This document shows positions 1 to 10,044 of a DNA stretch of 64,000 bases, piece after piece. The stretch comes from Candidatus Multivorans sp. (lineage in GTDB: Bacteria; Acidobacteriota; Thermoanaerobaculia; Multivoradales; Multivoraceae): NCBI GenBank assembly GCA_965247095.1, contig OZ251997.1, forward strand, positions 1,760,001 to 1,824,000, given 5' to 3'. Under the pieces are notes generated by a model. It saw only the letters and a list, made by a program, of their open reading frames with translations, ran no database searches and was not told the origin of the DNA. How positions within the stretch are numbered: the stretch's first letter is position 1; each line of letters starts with the position of its first letter. The translations under genes and the position numbers were made by a program.

Positions 1-87
1 CTGCCGCAAGGCCAAGGCAGAGGGCGCGAAGCGTCCGGGACATGCTCCTGGGTGACCTGGTAGATCGAGAAAGAACTCTCTCTTAGC

Positions 88-127
88 GGCCGGCCATCCA
101 ATGGGATGAGCCGGCCCTTTGTTTTTT
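88..127 (+). terminator. Intrinsic terminator / possible attenuator upstream of lysW
   Basis: Hairpin GGCCGGC-CATCC-aatg-GGATG-a-GCCGGCC followed by CTTTGTTTTTT, about 50 nt before the lysW ATG. Confidence 0.75.
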
Positions 128-175
128 GGCTCAGTCGCCTACTGAGTCCTTCCCCCGCAAACCGAGGAGAACCGC

Positions 176-361
176 ATGGAATTGCAGACTGTCAGCGCCC
201 AGTCCGAGTGCCCCGAGTGCTTCGACGAGATTCAGCTCGAGGCCGTGATGCAGAACGAGATCGTCCAATGCGCCGGCTGCGGCGTCGACCTGGAGGTCAT
301 CGCGCTCGAGCCGGTGACCCTGGAAGTCGCGCCGGAAGAAGAAGAGGACTGGGGCGAATAG
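176..361 (+). CDS. lysW: Amino-group carrier protein LysW/ArgW
   Basis: 61 aa, acidic, two CxxC (CPEC, CAGC), C-terminal EEDWGE signature; GGAG RBS. Confidence 0.95.
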   Translation: MELQTVSAQSECPECFDEIQLEAVMQNEIVQCAGCGVDLEVIALEPVTLEVAPEEEEDWGE

Positions 362-371
362 CCGGCAGGCG

Positions 372-1265
372 ATGCGCATCGGTGTCCTCTACAGCCGGGT
401 CCGGCCCGAAGAGAAGCTCCTGTTCAGGGAGCTCGAGCGGCGGCGTGCGGACATCGAGCTGATCGACGACCGCAAGGTCGTCCTCTCGTTCGGCGGCGCG
501 AGCAGGCTGGAACCGGCCTTCGACTTCGATGTCGTCTTCGACCGCTCGCTCAGCCACAGCCGCGCCCTCGTCCACCTGCGGGTGCTGGCCGACCGCGGCG
601 TGTCGACGGTGAACCGGATCGAAGTGGTCGAGAACTGCGGGGACAAGCTCCGCACGTCCAGCCTGCTGCAGGCCGCCGGGGTGCCGACCCCGGACACCCG
701 GGTCGCCTCGACGCCGGAAGCGGCCCTCGAGGCAATCGAGGAGCTCGGCTACCCGGTCGTGCTCAAGCCGACCGTCGGCTCCTGGGGTCGGCTGATCGCC
801 CGCATCAACGATCGCGACGCGGCCGAGGCGCTGATCGAGCACAAGAGCACCCTCGGCTCCTATCAGCACTCGATCTTCTACGTGCAGCGCTACGTGGACA
901 AGCCGGAACGCGACATCCGCGCGTTCGTCGCCGGCGGCGAAACGATCTGCGCCATCTACCGCAAGGCGTCCCACTGGGTCACCAACACCGCGCGCGGCGC
1001 AAGGGCGGCGAACTGTCCGGTGACGTCCGAACTGGCGACCCTGTGCCGGCGGGCGGCGGAGGCGGTCGGCGGCGGGCTGGTCGCGGTCGACCTGCTCGAG
1101 GACAGAGACCGCGGGCTGCTGGTGCTGGAGGTCAACCACACGATGGAGTTCCGCAACTCGATCGAACCGACCGGTGTCGACATCCCGGCACGCATGATCG
1201 ACTTCGTCGAGCGGGTGGCAACCGTCGGCTGGGCCGCCGCCCAGCACGCGGAGGAGGGGGCATGA
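372..1265 (+). CDS. lysX: Alpha-aminoadipate--LysW ligase (RimK-type ATP-grasp)
   Basis: [19 protein letters not shown] and EVNHTMEF motifs as recalled for Thermus LysX; adjacent to lysW. Confidence 0.92.
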   Translation: MRIGVLYSRVRPEEKLLFRELERRRADIELIDDRKVVLSFGGASRLEPAFDFDVVFDRSLSHSRALVHLRVLADRGVSTVNRIEVVENCGDKLRTSSLLQAAGVPTPDTRVASTPEAALEAIEELGYPVVLKPTVGSWGRLIARINDRDAAEALIEHKSTLGSYQHSIFYVQRYVDKPERDIRAFVAGGETICAIYRKASHWVTNTARGARAANCPVTSELATLCRRAAEAVGGGLVAVDLLEDRDRGLLVLEVNHTMEFRNSIEPTGVDIPARMIDFVERVATVGWAAAQHAEEGA

Positions 1266-2344
1266 CGGTGCGCGCCAGCATCGTCGGCGGTTCGGGCTAC
1301 GCCGGCGGCGAGTTGCTCCGGCTGCTGCTCGGTCATCCCGAGTTCGAGATCGCCCAGGTCATCTCGCGGCGGCTGGCCGGCGCCTTCGTTCACTTCACGC
1401 ACCCGAACCTGCGCGGCCACACCGATCTCCGCTACTGCACTGCCGACGAACTCGAGCGCTGCGACCTGCTCTTCCTCTGCCTGCCGCATGGCAGCGCGGC
1501 CGGCGACATCGACATCTACTCCAGGCTGGCCCCGCGGATCGTCGACCTGTCGGCCGATTTCCGGCTCCACTCGCCATCGGCCTACGCGGACTGGTACGCC
1601 GCTCCGCACCCCGCGCCGGAGTGGCTCGACCGCTTCGTCTACGGGCTGCCGGAGCTCGACCGCGACGCGGTCGCCGGCGCATCCCATGTCAGCGGCGTCG
1701 GCTGCAACGCGACCGCCACCCTGCTCGGCCTGCTGCCGCTGCTCGAACCAGCAGTCGCAGAACGAGATCTCGTCGACTGGCGCCGGGGCGTCGTCACCGA
1801 ACTGAAGGTCGGCAGCAGCGAGGGCGGCGCATCGTCGTCGGACGCCTCCCACCACCCCGAGCGGTCCGGTGTGGTGCGCAGCTTCCGCCCCACCGGCCAC
1901 CGCCACACCGCGGAGGTCGAACAGACGCTGGCCATGTGCGGCGTCGAGGCCGCCGCCCGCGTCCACCTGTCGGTCACCTCGGTCGAGATGGTGCGCGGCG
2001 TCCTCGCCACCAGCCACCTGTTCCTGAACCAGCCCGACATCGGCAAGCCCACTGAGCGCGAGCTCTTCCGCGCCTACCGCTCCTTCTGCCGGCAGCAGCC
2101 GTTCGTTCGTCTGGTCAAGGACCGGCGCGGCATCTACCGCTACCCCGAACCGAAGATCCTCGCCGGCAGCAACCACGCCGAGGTCGGCTTCGACCTCGAT
2201 CTCCGCACCGGACGCCTGGTCGTCATCTGCGCCATCGACAACCTGATGAAGGGCGCCGCCGGCAACGCGGTCCAGTGTGCGAACCTGATGTGCGGATTCC
2301 CCGAAACCGAGGGACTGGCCTTCCCTGGCCTGCACCCGGTCTAG
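1262..2344 (+). CDS. lysY: LysW-gamma-aminoadipyl-phosphate reductase (ArgC family)
   Basis: ATG 1262 overlaps lysX stop (ATGA); [29 protein letters not shown]. Confidence 0.92.
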   Translation: MTVRASIVGGSGYAGGELLRLLLGHPEFEIAQVISRRLAGAFVHFTHPNLRGHTDLRYCTADELERCDLLFLCLPHGSAAGDIDIYSRLAPRIVDLSADFRLHSPSAYADWYAAPHPAPEWLDRFVYGLPELDRDAVAGASHVSGVGCNATATLLGLLPLLEPAVAERDLVDWRRGVVTELKVGSSEGGASSSDASHHPERSGVVRSFRPTGHRHTAEVEQTLAMCGVEAAARVHLSVTSVEMVRGVLATSHLFLNQPDIGKPTERELFRAYRSFCRQQPFVRLVKDRRGIYRYPEPKILAGSNHAEVGFDLDLRTGRLVVICAIDNLMKGAAGNAVQCANLMCGFPETEGLAFPGLHPV

Positions 2345-2354
2345 GCAGCAGCTC

Positions 2355-3281
2355 GTGCCCGAATCGCGCTCGACCGACGCTTCTCCCGGCCCTTTCCAGG
2401 CCGCCGGCGCCCCGCTGGTGGTCAAGGCCGGGGGCGGCAAGTCGTTGGACCTCGATGCGATCGCCGCCGACATCGCCGGGCTGTCGAACTCCGGCCTCCG
2501 GATCGTCCTCGTGCACGGCGGCGCCGAGACGACGAACGAGGTCGCCGAGCAGTTGGGGCATCCGCCGCAGTTCGTCACCAGCGAGAGCGGCTACAGCAGC
2601 CGCCGCACGGATCGGCGCACCCTCGAGATCTTCGAGATGGTCTACTGCGGGCTGCTGAACAAGCGCTGGGTCGAACTGCTGCAACGGCAGGGCATCCCCG
2701 CGGTCGGGCTGAGCGGCCTCGACGGCCGCCTGTTCGAGGGCCGGCGCAAGGACAAGCTGCGCATCCGGCTCGGCGCCCGCCGTCTCGTGCTGCGTGACGA
2801 CTGGACGGGCACGGTCGACCGGGTCAACGCGGACCTGCTGCGTCTGCTGCTCGACGGCGGCTACCTGCCGGTGCTGACCCCGCCCGGAGCGTCCTACGAC
2901 GGAGAGGCGGTCAACGTCGACGGCGACCGCGCGGCCGCCGCGGTGGCCGCGGCCCTGGGCGCTTCGACCCTGGTCTACCTCTCCGGCGCCCCGGGTCTGC
3001 TCGCCGACTTTCCCGACGAGACCTCGCTGATCTCCCGCCTCGACATCGCTCGCGCCGACCTGACCGGACCGGAAGCGCATGCCGGGCTCGAACGGTTGAT
3101 GGCGGCGGCCCAGGACCGGATGAAGAAGAAGGTGCTGGGCGCCGCGGAGGCGCTGCGCGGGGGCCTGGAGCGGGTGATCTTTGCCGACGGTCGCATCGAA
3201 CGCCCGGTCCGGGCCGCGCTCGACGGCGCCGGCACCCACGTGGTTGTCCGGTCGACCAAACAGGAGGAGGAGGCGTCATGA
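2355..3281 (+). CDS. lysZ: LysW-gamma-aminoadipate kinase (ArgB family)
   Basis: VVKAGG, LVHGG, NVDGDRAAA, MKKKV amino-acid kinase motifs. Confidence 0.9.
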   Translation: MPESRSTDASPGPFQAAGAPLVVKAGGGKSLDLDAIAADIAGLSNSGLRIVLVHGGAETTNEVAEQLGHPPQFVTSESGYSSRRTDRRTLEIFEMVYCGLLNKRWVELLQRQGIPAVGLSGLDGRLFEGRRKDKLRIRLGARRLVLRDDWTGTVDRVNADLLRLLLDGGYLPVLTPPGASYDGEAVNVDGDRAAAAVAAALGASTLVYLSGAPGLLADFPDETSLISRLDIARADLTGPEAHAGLERLMAAAQDRMKKKVLGAAEALRGGLERVIFADGRIERPVRAALDGAGTHVVVRSTKQEEEAS

Positions 3282-4471
3282 GCGCCGATGTCGTGCGGAA
3301 CGTTGCGGGCGTCGAGGATCGGCGCCTCGGAACCTGGGCGCCGCGGAAGCCGACGTCCCCGATCGTCCGCGGCGAGGGCTGCGAACTGATCGCGGCGAAC
3401 GGCGACCGCTACCTCGACCTGACCGCCGGCTACGGCGTCTGCTGCCTCGGCTACAACCATCCCGCGATGGTCGAGGCGCTCACGGCCCAGGCGGAGCGGC
3501 TCACCTACTGCCCGATGAACATGTCCAGCCAGAACCGGGCCGAGTACGTCGAGGCGCTGGCGAGCGTGCTGCCCGACTCCCTCGACCGGGTGTTCCTGTG
3601 CAACAGCGGCACGGAAGCCGTCGAGGGCGCACTCAAGTTCGCCGCCCTGGTCACCGGGCGCAGCCGTACGGTCGCGCTTCGGAACAGCTTCCACGGCCGC
3701 ACCTTGGGCGCGCAGGCGACGATGTGGAACCCGACCGCCCGCAAGCCCTACACCGGTCTGCTCCACGACAACGTCTTCGTTCAGCCGGACCCCGAGGCGA
3801 TCGAGGAGGCAGTCGACGCCAAGACCGCGGCGCTCATCCTCGAACCGGTTCAGGGCGAGGGCGGAGTCAACGTGCTGAGCGACGAGGTGCTGCTCGCGGC
3901 GCGCCGGGCCTGCGACCGGCACGGGGCGCTGCTCATCCTCGACGAGGTGCAGACCGGCTTCGGGCGCTGCGGCGCCTGGTTCGCCCACCGCGGAACGCCG
4001 GGCCTGGAAGCCGACCTGATGCCGCTCGCCAAGGGCATTGGAGGCGGCTTCCCGCTCGGGGCGATCGCTTACGGCGAGCGGGTCGCGGCCGCGCTCCGGC
4101 CCGGTTGCCACGGCTCGACCTACGGCGGCAATCCGCTCGCCTGCGCCGCCGGACTGGCCGTGATCGAGACCCTGCGGGCGCTGGACCTGCCGTCCAGGGC
4201 GGCGACGGTCGGCGCGCGCTTCCTGGCGTCGCTCCGCGATCGCCTGGCCTCCAACCCGCGGGTGCGGGAGGTGCGCGGCCGCGGCCTGATGCTGGGCGTC
4301 GTTCTGCGCCAGCGCGCGGGCCGCCATCTCGCCCGTCTGACCTCGGAACACCGGATCCTGGCGCTGCTCGCCGGGCCGAACGTGATCCGCATGCTGCCGC
4401 CGCTGATCATAGGCGAAGCGGAACTTGAGCGCGCCATCGACGCTCTGGACGCCGTCCTCCGAGAGGAATGA
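3278..4471 (+). CDS. lysJ: LysW-aminoadipate semialdehyde transaminase (class III PLP, ArgD family)
   Basis: NSGTEAVE, SFHGRT, EPVQGEGG, DEVQTGFGR, AKGIGGG, GSTYGGNP. Confidence 0.9.
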   Translation: MSADVVRNVAGVEDRRLGTWAPRKPTSPIVRGEGCELIAANGDRYLDLTAGYGVCCLGYNHPAMVEALTAQAERLTYCPMNMSSQNRAEYVEALASVLPDSLDRVFLCNSGTEAVEGALKFAALVTGRSRTVALRNSFHGRTLGAQATMWNPTARKPYTGLLHDNVFVQPDPEAIEEAVDAKTAALILEPVQGEGGVNVLSDEVLLAARRACDRHGALLILDEVQTGFGRCGAWFAHRGTPGLEADLMPLAKGIGGGFPLGAIAYGERVAAALRPGCHGSTYGGNPLACAAGLAVIETLRALDLPSRAATVGARFLASLRDRLASNPRVREVRGRGLMLGVVLRQRAGRHLARLTSEHRILALLAGPNVIRMLPPLIIGEAELERAIDALDAVLREE

Positions 4472-4523
4472 CGATGCCGATGAAACCGCCGCCGCCGCCG
4501 CCACCACCGAGTGCGAGCGGCCT

Positions 4524-5798
4524 ATGATGGACGAAGGCAGCCCCGCCCGGCGCGACGCTGTTCCCCACCGGCGCCGCGACGCGGGCCGCGACCGAGCCGA
4601 GATCGCCCTCGTGCGCGGCCTCGTCGCGGTGCCGTCGCTCTCCCGCCACGAGGCCGCCGCCAGCGGCTGGCTGGCCTCCGAGATGGAGACTCGCGGCCTT
4701 GAGCGATGTCAGGTCGACGGCGCGCTGAACGCGGTCGGCGAACTTGGAGAACCGGACGCATCCCGCCTGGTCGTCCTGCTCGGACACATCGACACCGTGC
4801 CGGGGAACATCCCGGTCCGGATCGAGGACGACGGATCGCCCCACGGCATCCTTCACGGCCGCGGTTCGGTCGACGCAAAGGGACCGCTCGCGTCCTTCGT
4901 CGCGGCGGCCGCACGCCTTGGCGGCGACTGGGCGCGCGCGCACGACCTGCGGTTGATCGTCGCCGGGGCGACGGAGGAAGAGGCAGCCACCTCCCGGGGC
5001 GCGCACCACCTGCTCAAGCGGCTGAACGGCCGCGACGAGCCGACCCCCGACTTCTGCATCATCGGCGAGCCCAGCCACTGGCACCGGGTCACGCTCGGCT
5101 ACAAGGGACGCCTGCTGATCGACCTGCTGGCCCGACGGCCGAGCAGCCATACGGCCGGCCCGGAGGCCGGCGTCGGCATCACCGCCTTCGACCTCTGGCG
5201 ACGCCTGGAGGCGGTGGCCGAACGAAGCGGCGGCAGAACCTCCTTCGAGCGCGTACTGCCCAGCCTGCGCTCGATCAACACGACGAGCGACGGCCTCTAC
5301 GACACGGTCCGCGCCGACTACGGCCTGCGCCTGCCGGTCGACTTCGACGCCAGCGCCCTGATAGGCGTTCTCGGGAACTGGTTCGGCGAGGCCGCGGCGG
5401 ACATCCACGGCCCCCTGTTCTCCGACCTGGATCCGGTCCGCGCCACCGGCACGATCCGCTGCGAGCAGGGCCACGCCAGCCTGGAGCTGCGCCTGCGCGG
5501 CTACGAGGTGGGGGTCCGCGCCGACCGTCATTCCCCCCTGGTGCGGGCCTTCCTCGGCGCTATCCGCAGCGTCGGCGGTCCAGGGACCGCGCCCAAGTTC
5601 GTCGTCAAGACCGGAACCTGCGACATGAACATCGTCTGGCCGGTCTGGCGATGCCCCATCGTGGCCTACGGCCCGGGAGACAGTACACTCGACCACACCC
5701 CGAACGAGCACCTGGAACTGGACGAGTACCTGCTGGCGGTCGATACCGTGGAACTTGCGCTGAGGAATCTGGCCGCCGCCCCGCCGGCAGCGAGCTAG
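4524..5798 (+). CDS. lysK: LysW-lysine hydrolase (M20 family, ArgE-like); start uncertain
   Basis: LLGHIDTVPG, GRGSVDAKGP, EEE, KTGTCDMN, YGPGDSTLDHTPNE. Confidence 0.88.
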   Translation: MMDEGSPARRDAVPHRRRDAGRDRAEIALVRGLVAVPSLSRHEAAASGWLASEMETRGLERCQVDGALNAVGELGEPDASRLVVLLGHIDTVPGNIPVRIEDDGSPHGILHGRGSVDAKGPLASFVAAAARLGGDWARAHDLRLIVAGATEEEAATSRGAHHLLKRLNGRDEPTPDFCIIGEPSHWHRVTLGYKGRLLIDLLARRPSSHTAGPEAGVGITAFDLWRRLEAVAERSGGRTSFERVLPSLRSINTTSDGLYDTVRADYGLRLPVDFDASALIGVLGNWFGEAAADIHGPLFSDLDPVRATGTIRCEQGHASLELRLRGYEVGVRADRHSPLVRAFLGAIRSVGGPGTAPKFVVKTGTCDMNIVWPVWRCPIVAYGPGDSTLDHTPNEHLELDEYLLAVDTVELALRNLAAAPPAAS

Positions 5799-5809
5799 CA
5801 ACCGACCGA

Positions 5810-7354
5810 GTGGCGCCCCGCCCACCACGCGTCGATCGCATCGCCTTCGGCGTCAGTGCCGCGCTGATCGCCCTGGTCTGCATTCCGCTGGCGCTGTCGC
5901 CGCAGACCGGCGGCGCCCTGGTCGTCCGGGCCTACGAGTCGCTGGCGGAGCGCTTCGGACTGCTCTACCAGTGGGCGACGCTGGCAGTCACCGTGTTCCT
6001 GGTCTGGCTCGCCTTCAGCCGCCACGGAGCGAAACGGCTCGGGGCCGAAGACAGCCGGCCGGACTTCCGTCTCTTCAGTTGGATGGCCATGCTGTTCTGC
6101 GCCGGCATCGGCGCGGGGCTGCTCTACTGGTCGACGATCGAGTGGGTCACCTACCTCGATGCGCCACCCTTCGGCCTCGCCCCGAACTCCACCGAGGCGG
6201 TCGAGTGGGCGGCGACCTACGGCATCTTCCACTGGGGCATCTCGGCCTGGGCGCTGTACTGCTTCCCGGCGGTGGCGATCGCCATCCCCTACTACCGCCA
6301 ACACGCCCCGGCCCTGCGCCTGAGCACCGGCCTGCACGCCCTGATCGGCCGCGAGGGGTACGACCGTGCCCCCGCCCGCATCGTCGACGTCCTGTTCATC
6401 CTGGCAATGGTCGGCGGCACGGGCACGTCGCTCGGGCTCGGCACGCCGATGGTCGCCGCCTGCGTCAGCGAGGTGTTCGGCATCGAGCAGACGTTCGGAC
6501 TCCAGGTGGCGATCCTCGCCGTCTGTGTCATCCTGTTCGCGGTCAGCGTCTACCTGGGACTCGAACGCGGCATCAAGCCCCTCTCCGACGGTTCCGTCAT
6601 CGCGGCGATCGTCCTGCTGGCCTTCGTGCTCATGGTCGGCCCGACCAACTTCCTGCTGCGCACGAGCACGAACTCGATCGGCCTGATGCTCGGGAACTTC
6701 ATCCGGCTCAACACCTGGACCGACCCGGTGGCGAGAACGGGGTTCATCGAGGACATGACTGTCTTCTACTGGGCGTGGTGGATCGCCTACGGACCCTTCA
6801 TGGGCCTGTTCGTGACCCGCATCTCCCGCGGCCGGACGGTGCGGCAGTTGATCCTCGGGATGCTGATCCTGGGCACTCTCGGCTGTGCCGTCTTCTACGG
6901 CGTCCTCGGCAACTACAGCATGCACCTCGATCTGTCGGGCGCCCTGCCGGTGCGGGAAATCGCCGAGACGGCCGGCAACGACAACGCGATCGCTCAAACG
7001 ATCGGTTTCCTGCCGTTCGGCACCCTGGCGCTCGTGGTCTTCGCGCTCGTGGCCATCGTCTTCATCGCCACGACCTACGACTCCGCTTCCTACTGCCTGG
7101 CGGCGTCGGCGACCCGCAACCTGACGGAAGGCACCCATCCGGCCCGCTGGCACCGTCTGTTCTGGGCCGTCGCCGTCGGCGTACTGCCGATCACGCTGTT
7201 GTTCATCGGCCAGGAAGGCGGCAACGACCAACTGCGCGTGATCCAGTCCGCCACCCTGGTCGTCTCCCTGCCGTTGCTCGTCGTGGGCGTGCTGATGGCC
7301 GTCTCTCTCCTGCGGTCGCTCCGACTGGACGACGAGCCCGCGGACGGCGCCTGA
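5810..7354 (+). CDS. BCCT-family (betaine/carnitine/choline) transporter
   Basis: About 12 TM segments; SWMAMLFCAGIGAGLLYW, FHWGISAW, FYWAWWIAYGPFMGLFVTRISRGRT; GTG start inferred. Confidence 0.9.
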   Translation: MAPRPPRVDRIAFGVSAALIALVCIPLALSPQTGGALVVRAYESLAERFGLLYQWATLAVTVFLVWLAFSRHGAKRLGAEDSRPDFRLFSWMAMLFCAGIGAGLLYWSTIEWVTYLDAPPFGLAPNSTEAVEWAATYGIFHWGISAWALYCFPAVAIAIPYYRQHAPALRLSTGLHALIGREGYDRAPARIVDVLFILAMVGGTGTSLGLGTPMVAACVSEVFGIEQTFGLQVAILAVCVILFAVSVYLGLERGIKPLSDGSVIAAIVLLAFVLMVGPTNFLLRTSTNSIGLMLGNFIRLNTWTDPVARTGFIEDMTVFYWAWWIAYGPFMGLFVTRISRGRTVRQLILGMLILGTLGCAVFYGVLGNYSMHLDLSGALPVREIAETAGNDNAIAQTIGFLPFGTLALVVFALVAIVFIATTYDSASYCLAASATRNLTEGTHPARWHRLFWAVAVGVLPITLLFIGQEGGNDQLRVIQSATLVVSLPLLVVGVLMAVSLLRSLRLDDEPADGA

Positions 7355-7380
7355 GCGCTGGTGCAACGTCCCAGGCCTGG

Positions 7381-8148
7381 TCAACGGCCATCGTCGGAGG
7401 CGAGGGCCCCCTCGAGTTCCCCGAGCAGCCCCTCCAGCTCGCCCAAAGCGGCCTCCCAGTCTCTCCAGTGGAAGGCATGACCGGCCTCGATCGCTTCCTC
7501 CCAGACCCGGTTCGCCCCGAACAGGGCATCGGCGGCCTCATGCCGATCCGACGGATCTTGCAGGCGCAGAATATCGCGCGACACGCTGGCGCGGACGCCG
7601 CGCAGAGCCCGCATCCGCGCCAGCAGTTGGCCGCCCTTCGCCAGCTCCTCCTGCCCTGACGTTCCGGCCTCCCGGTGGTCGGCTTCGGGACCGTGGCAAC
7701 GGTTGCAGCGCGCCTGCAACCCGCCCTCGCCGAGCGACTGCCCGGCCACGCTGCCATGGCAGGTGCGGCAGGTTGGAGCGGCGCGAACCCTCCGTTCGAA
7801 GAGCGCGAAATGCGCGCTCCGCTGCAGGGCCTGGTACTCCGCGTCGTGGCAGCGGCCGCAGGTCCGGGGCAGGTTCCACTGGTGGGTCGGACTCTTCGGG
7901 TGGCCGCTGTTCAGCACCCCCTTGTGCGCGCGAAGCTGAACGAAGGTCGTGCTATTGCCCCCGTGACAGTCCGCACAGGACACCCCGGCCGTGGCATGCA
8001 CCGAGTTCCGCCACTGGCGCAGATGGAACTCATCCGCCTCCTCGAGTTCCTGCGCGGCGTGGCAGTCGGCGCACGGATCCTGGGCCCAGGCGCCCGCCGC
8101 GAACGCGGTCATCGCCAGCAGGAGAGACGTACTGCGGAGGCGACCCAT
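7381..8148 (-). CDS. Secreted multiheme c-type cytochrome (5 CxxCH)
   Basis: Signal peptide ending AWA; CADCH x2, CGRCH, CRTCH, CNRCH. Confidence 0.85.
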   Translation of the reverse strand: MGRLRSTSLLLAMTAFAAGAWAQDPCADCHAAQELEEADEFHLRQWRNSVHATAGVSCADCHGGNSTTFVQLRAHKGVLNSGHPKSPTHQWNLPRTCGRCHDAEYQALQRSAHFALFERRVRAAPTCRTCHGSVAGQSLGEGGLQARCNRCHGPEADHREAGTSGQEELAKGGQLLARMRALRGVRASVSRDILRLQDPSDRHEAADALFGANRVWEEAIEAGHAFHWRDWEAALGELEGLLGELEGALASDDGR

Positions 8149-8158
8149 GCCCGTCAGA

Positions 8159-9886
8159 CTACCAACGGAACTCCGGCTTGAGGAACAGATCGCGGTCACC
8201 GCCCTCCGGGATCTCGGGCAGCGTCAGCCGGTAGTAGTTCAGCGGAATCGCGCCGTACCAGTATCGATGGCGGGCGATCCGGCGCGGCCTCTCCACGACG
8301 ATGCTCACCGCCTCGCCGGCGCCCGTCTCGACCGGTACGAGTTCCACCGTCAGACTGGCCAAGGGCACGGGCGACCCGATCTGCAGCTCGCCGTCAGCCC
8401 CGGGCCGGTAGCGGATGCCGTCGTCTCCATGCGGCCGGACGCCGCTGCCAATCAGACGCACCCGGAGGTCGCCGTGCTGGACCTCCCCCGGCGCCGAACC
8501 GAGGTGAACCTGGGAGGTCTCGAGCGGCAGGAGCCGCTTCGCCGCGGGCGAGACGTATCGCAGCCGTTGGGCGCCGGTGTCGGCGTCGATCTCGACGGGA
8601 AAGGAAGCCGCGGACCACCACAGCGGCGCCACGAAGAGGGCCGCCATCAGGGACGAGGCGACAAGCCAGCGCCTCGACGGCGGCCGCTCGATGAGGAACC
8701 AGCACACCGGATAGAGCGGCAGGAACCAACGGTTCGCGATCGCCCCGGCGCCGCCGTAGAAGTTGTACGGACTCTTGAACAGAAAGGCCAGGAGTCCCAG
8801 GCCGACACCGGCGAGCAGCCAGCGGCGTCGCGACCCCGGCCGCAAACAGGCGCAGGCAAGCACCAGGGGCAGGAAGTAGGGCACGATGCCGACACTCCGC
8901 CCGAGGAAGGCGTAAACGACGTTGTGTCCCAGCAGCGCGGCGTCAAAGGAGGGCAGCAGAAAGCCCTCCCGAACCCAGGAGGCGTCCCCTCGCACGGCCA
9001 GCAACTCCGGCCAGCCTTCCCGGTCGAAGTCGATGTCGGGATAGCCGGTCGCGCTGCTGAACCCCTGCCGTTCGCCGACGTACGGGCTCCACGCGCCGCC
9101 GCTGGCCCGATGAGCCCAAGCCGAGCCGGCCAGCAGAACCAGGGCGGCGCCCAGCACGATTGCCGCGTTGCGGCGGCCCCAAGCCCGACGCAGCGTCGGC
9201 GCCGCGGCCAGGAGCACGGCGAGAAGGACCGCGAGATAGAAGGGCCGGCCGGCGCCGGCAGTTGCCAGCAGAACCCCGCCGGCCGCAAGGCGCAGGAGGG
9301 ACGGTTTCTTGCCTTCCAGCCAGGGATCGAGGCAGCAGAGGCCGGCAGCAGTCACGACGAGGTAGAACAAGTCGGCATGAACCCAGAACACGTGGCCGAA
9401 CGTGACCGAGAAGAAGAGCAGGAACGCGGCCACCAGCGGCCCGTCGGCGCCGACCCGCTGCAGAAGAAGGCACTCGAGCAGCAGGGCGGCCAGGATCAGC
9501 AGCACCAGATTCGCCAGGATCGGGCCTTGCTCGGGCGCCCACCGCACGAAGGGAGCAAGGAAGAGCGAGTAGAAGGCCGGCTTGGCGTAGACCAGCGTGA
9601 CTCCCCCGTCGCCGCTCTGCAGGATGAGCGGATCCGGAACCTTGCCGGTGGACTCCAGGTAGCGCCGGTAGTCCGACGCCTCGTACCGGCGGTCGAAGTC
9701 GAAGGCCAGACTCTGGGCCTGCATGGAGTACACGCCTTCGTCGCCCACCGTATACGGCCAGTCCCGTGGATCGAAGACGGCCACGGCCGTCGTCAGGACC
9801 ATGACCAGGGCCCACAGCACTGCCCGTTGCCAGGTCATCTGCCAGCATGCCGACCGGCGCTGCCCGCCGCTCCCGGGAACGCTCAT
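8159..9886 (-). CDS. Polytopic membrane protein, probable GT-C glycosyltransferase
   Basis: N-terminal TM then GDEGVY acidic loop, many TM helices, GGAGAIANRWFLP motif; start uncertain (9886 or 9838). Confidence 0.6.
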   Translation of the reverse strand: MSVPGSGGQRRSACWQMTWQRAVLWALVMVLTTAVAVFDPRDWPYTVGDEGVYSMQAQSLAFDFDRRYEASDYRRYLESTGKVPDPLILQSGDGGVTLVYAKPAFYSLFLAPFVRWAPEQGPILANLVLLILAALLLECLLLQRVGADGPLVAAFLLFFSVTFGHVFWVHADLFYLVVTAAGLCCLDPWLEGKKPSLLRLAAGGVLLATAGAGRPFYLAVLLAVLLAAAPTLRRAWGRRNAAIVLGAALVLLAGSAWAHRASGGAWSPYVGERQGFSSATGYPDIDFDREGWPELLAVRGDASWVREGFLLPSFDAALLGHNVVYAFLGRSVGIVPYFLPLVLACACLRPGSRRRWLLAGVGLGLLAFLFKSPYNFYGGAGAIANRWFLPLYPVCWFLIERPPSRRWLVASSLMAALFVAPLWWSAASFPVEIDADTGAQRLRYVSPAAKRLLPLETSQVHLGSAPGEVQHGDLRVRLIGSGVRPHGDDGIRYRPGADGELQIGSPVPLASLTVELVPVETGAGEAVSIVVERPRRIARHRYWYGAIPLNYYRLTLPEIPEGGDRDLFLKPEFRW

Positions 9887-10044
9887 ACCTGTGAGGGACC
9901 GTAGCAGGCTCCCGGGTCGGGACGAACGAATCGGGGCGAATCGGACAATAGGGCGCACTCTTCGGTCAACACTGGCCCGAAACGGCCTTCTCTGTTGTAG
10001 GCTTTGTTCAGGTTGACCTGTTTCTAGAAACCAAGGAGTCTCAC

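Noticed and set aside
1-90. Riboswitch (lysine, SAM, TPP) or T-box upstream of lysW
   Set aside because: No consensus motifs recognised; the region is truncated by the window edge.
4487-4508. (GCC)n/(ACC)n run between lysJ and lysK
   Set aside because: Short trinucleotide run, unremarkable in high-GC DNA.
4706-5809. 882-aa BCCT ORF with long N-terminal extension
   Set aside because: The extension overlaps lysK out of frame and is low-complexity; the real start is probably GTG 5810.
10008-10031. Palindromes CAGGTTGACCTG and GTTTCTAGAAAC before the TonB-dependent receptor
   Set aside because: Could be operators, but they match no Fur box or cobalamin riboswitch I can recognise and are too short to support.
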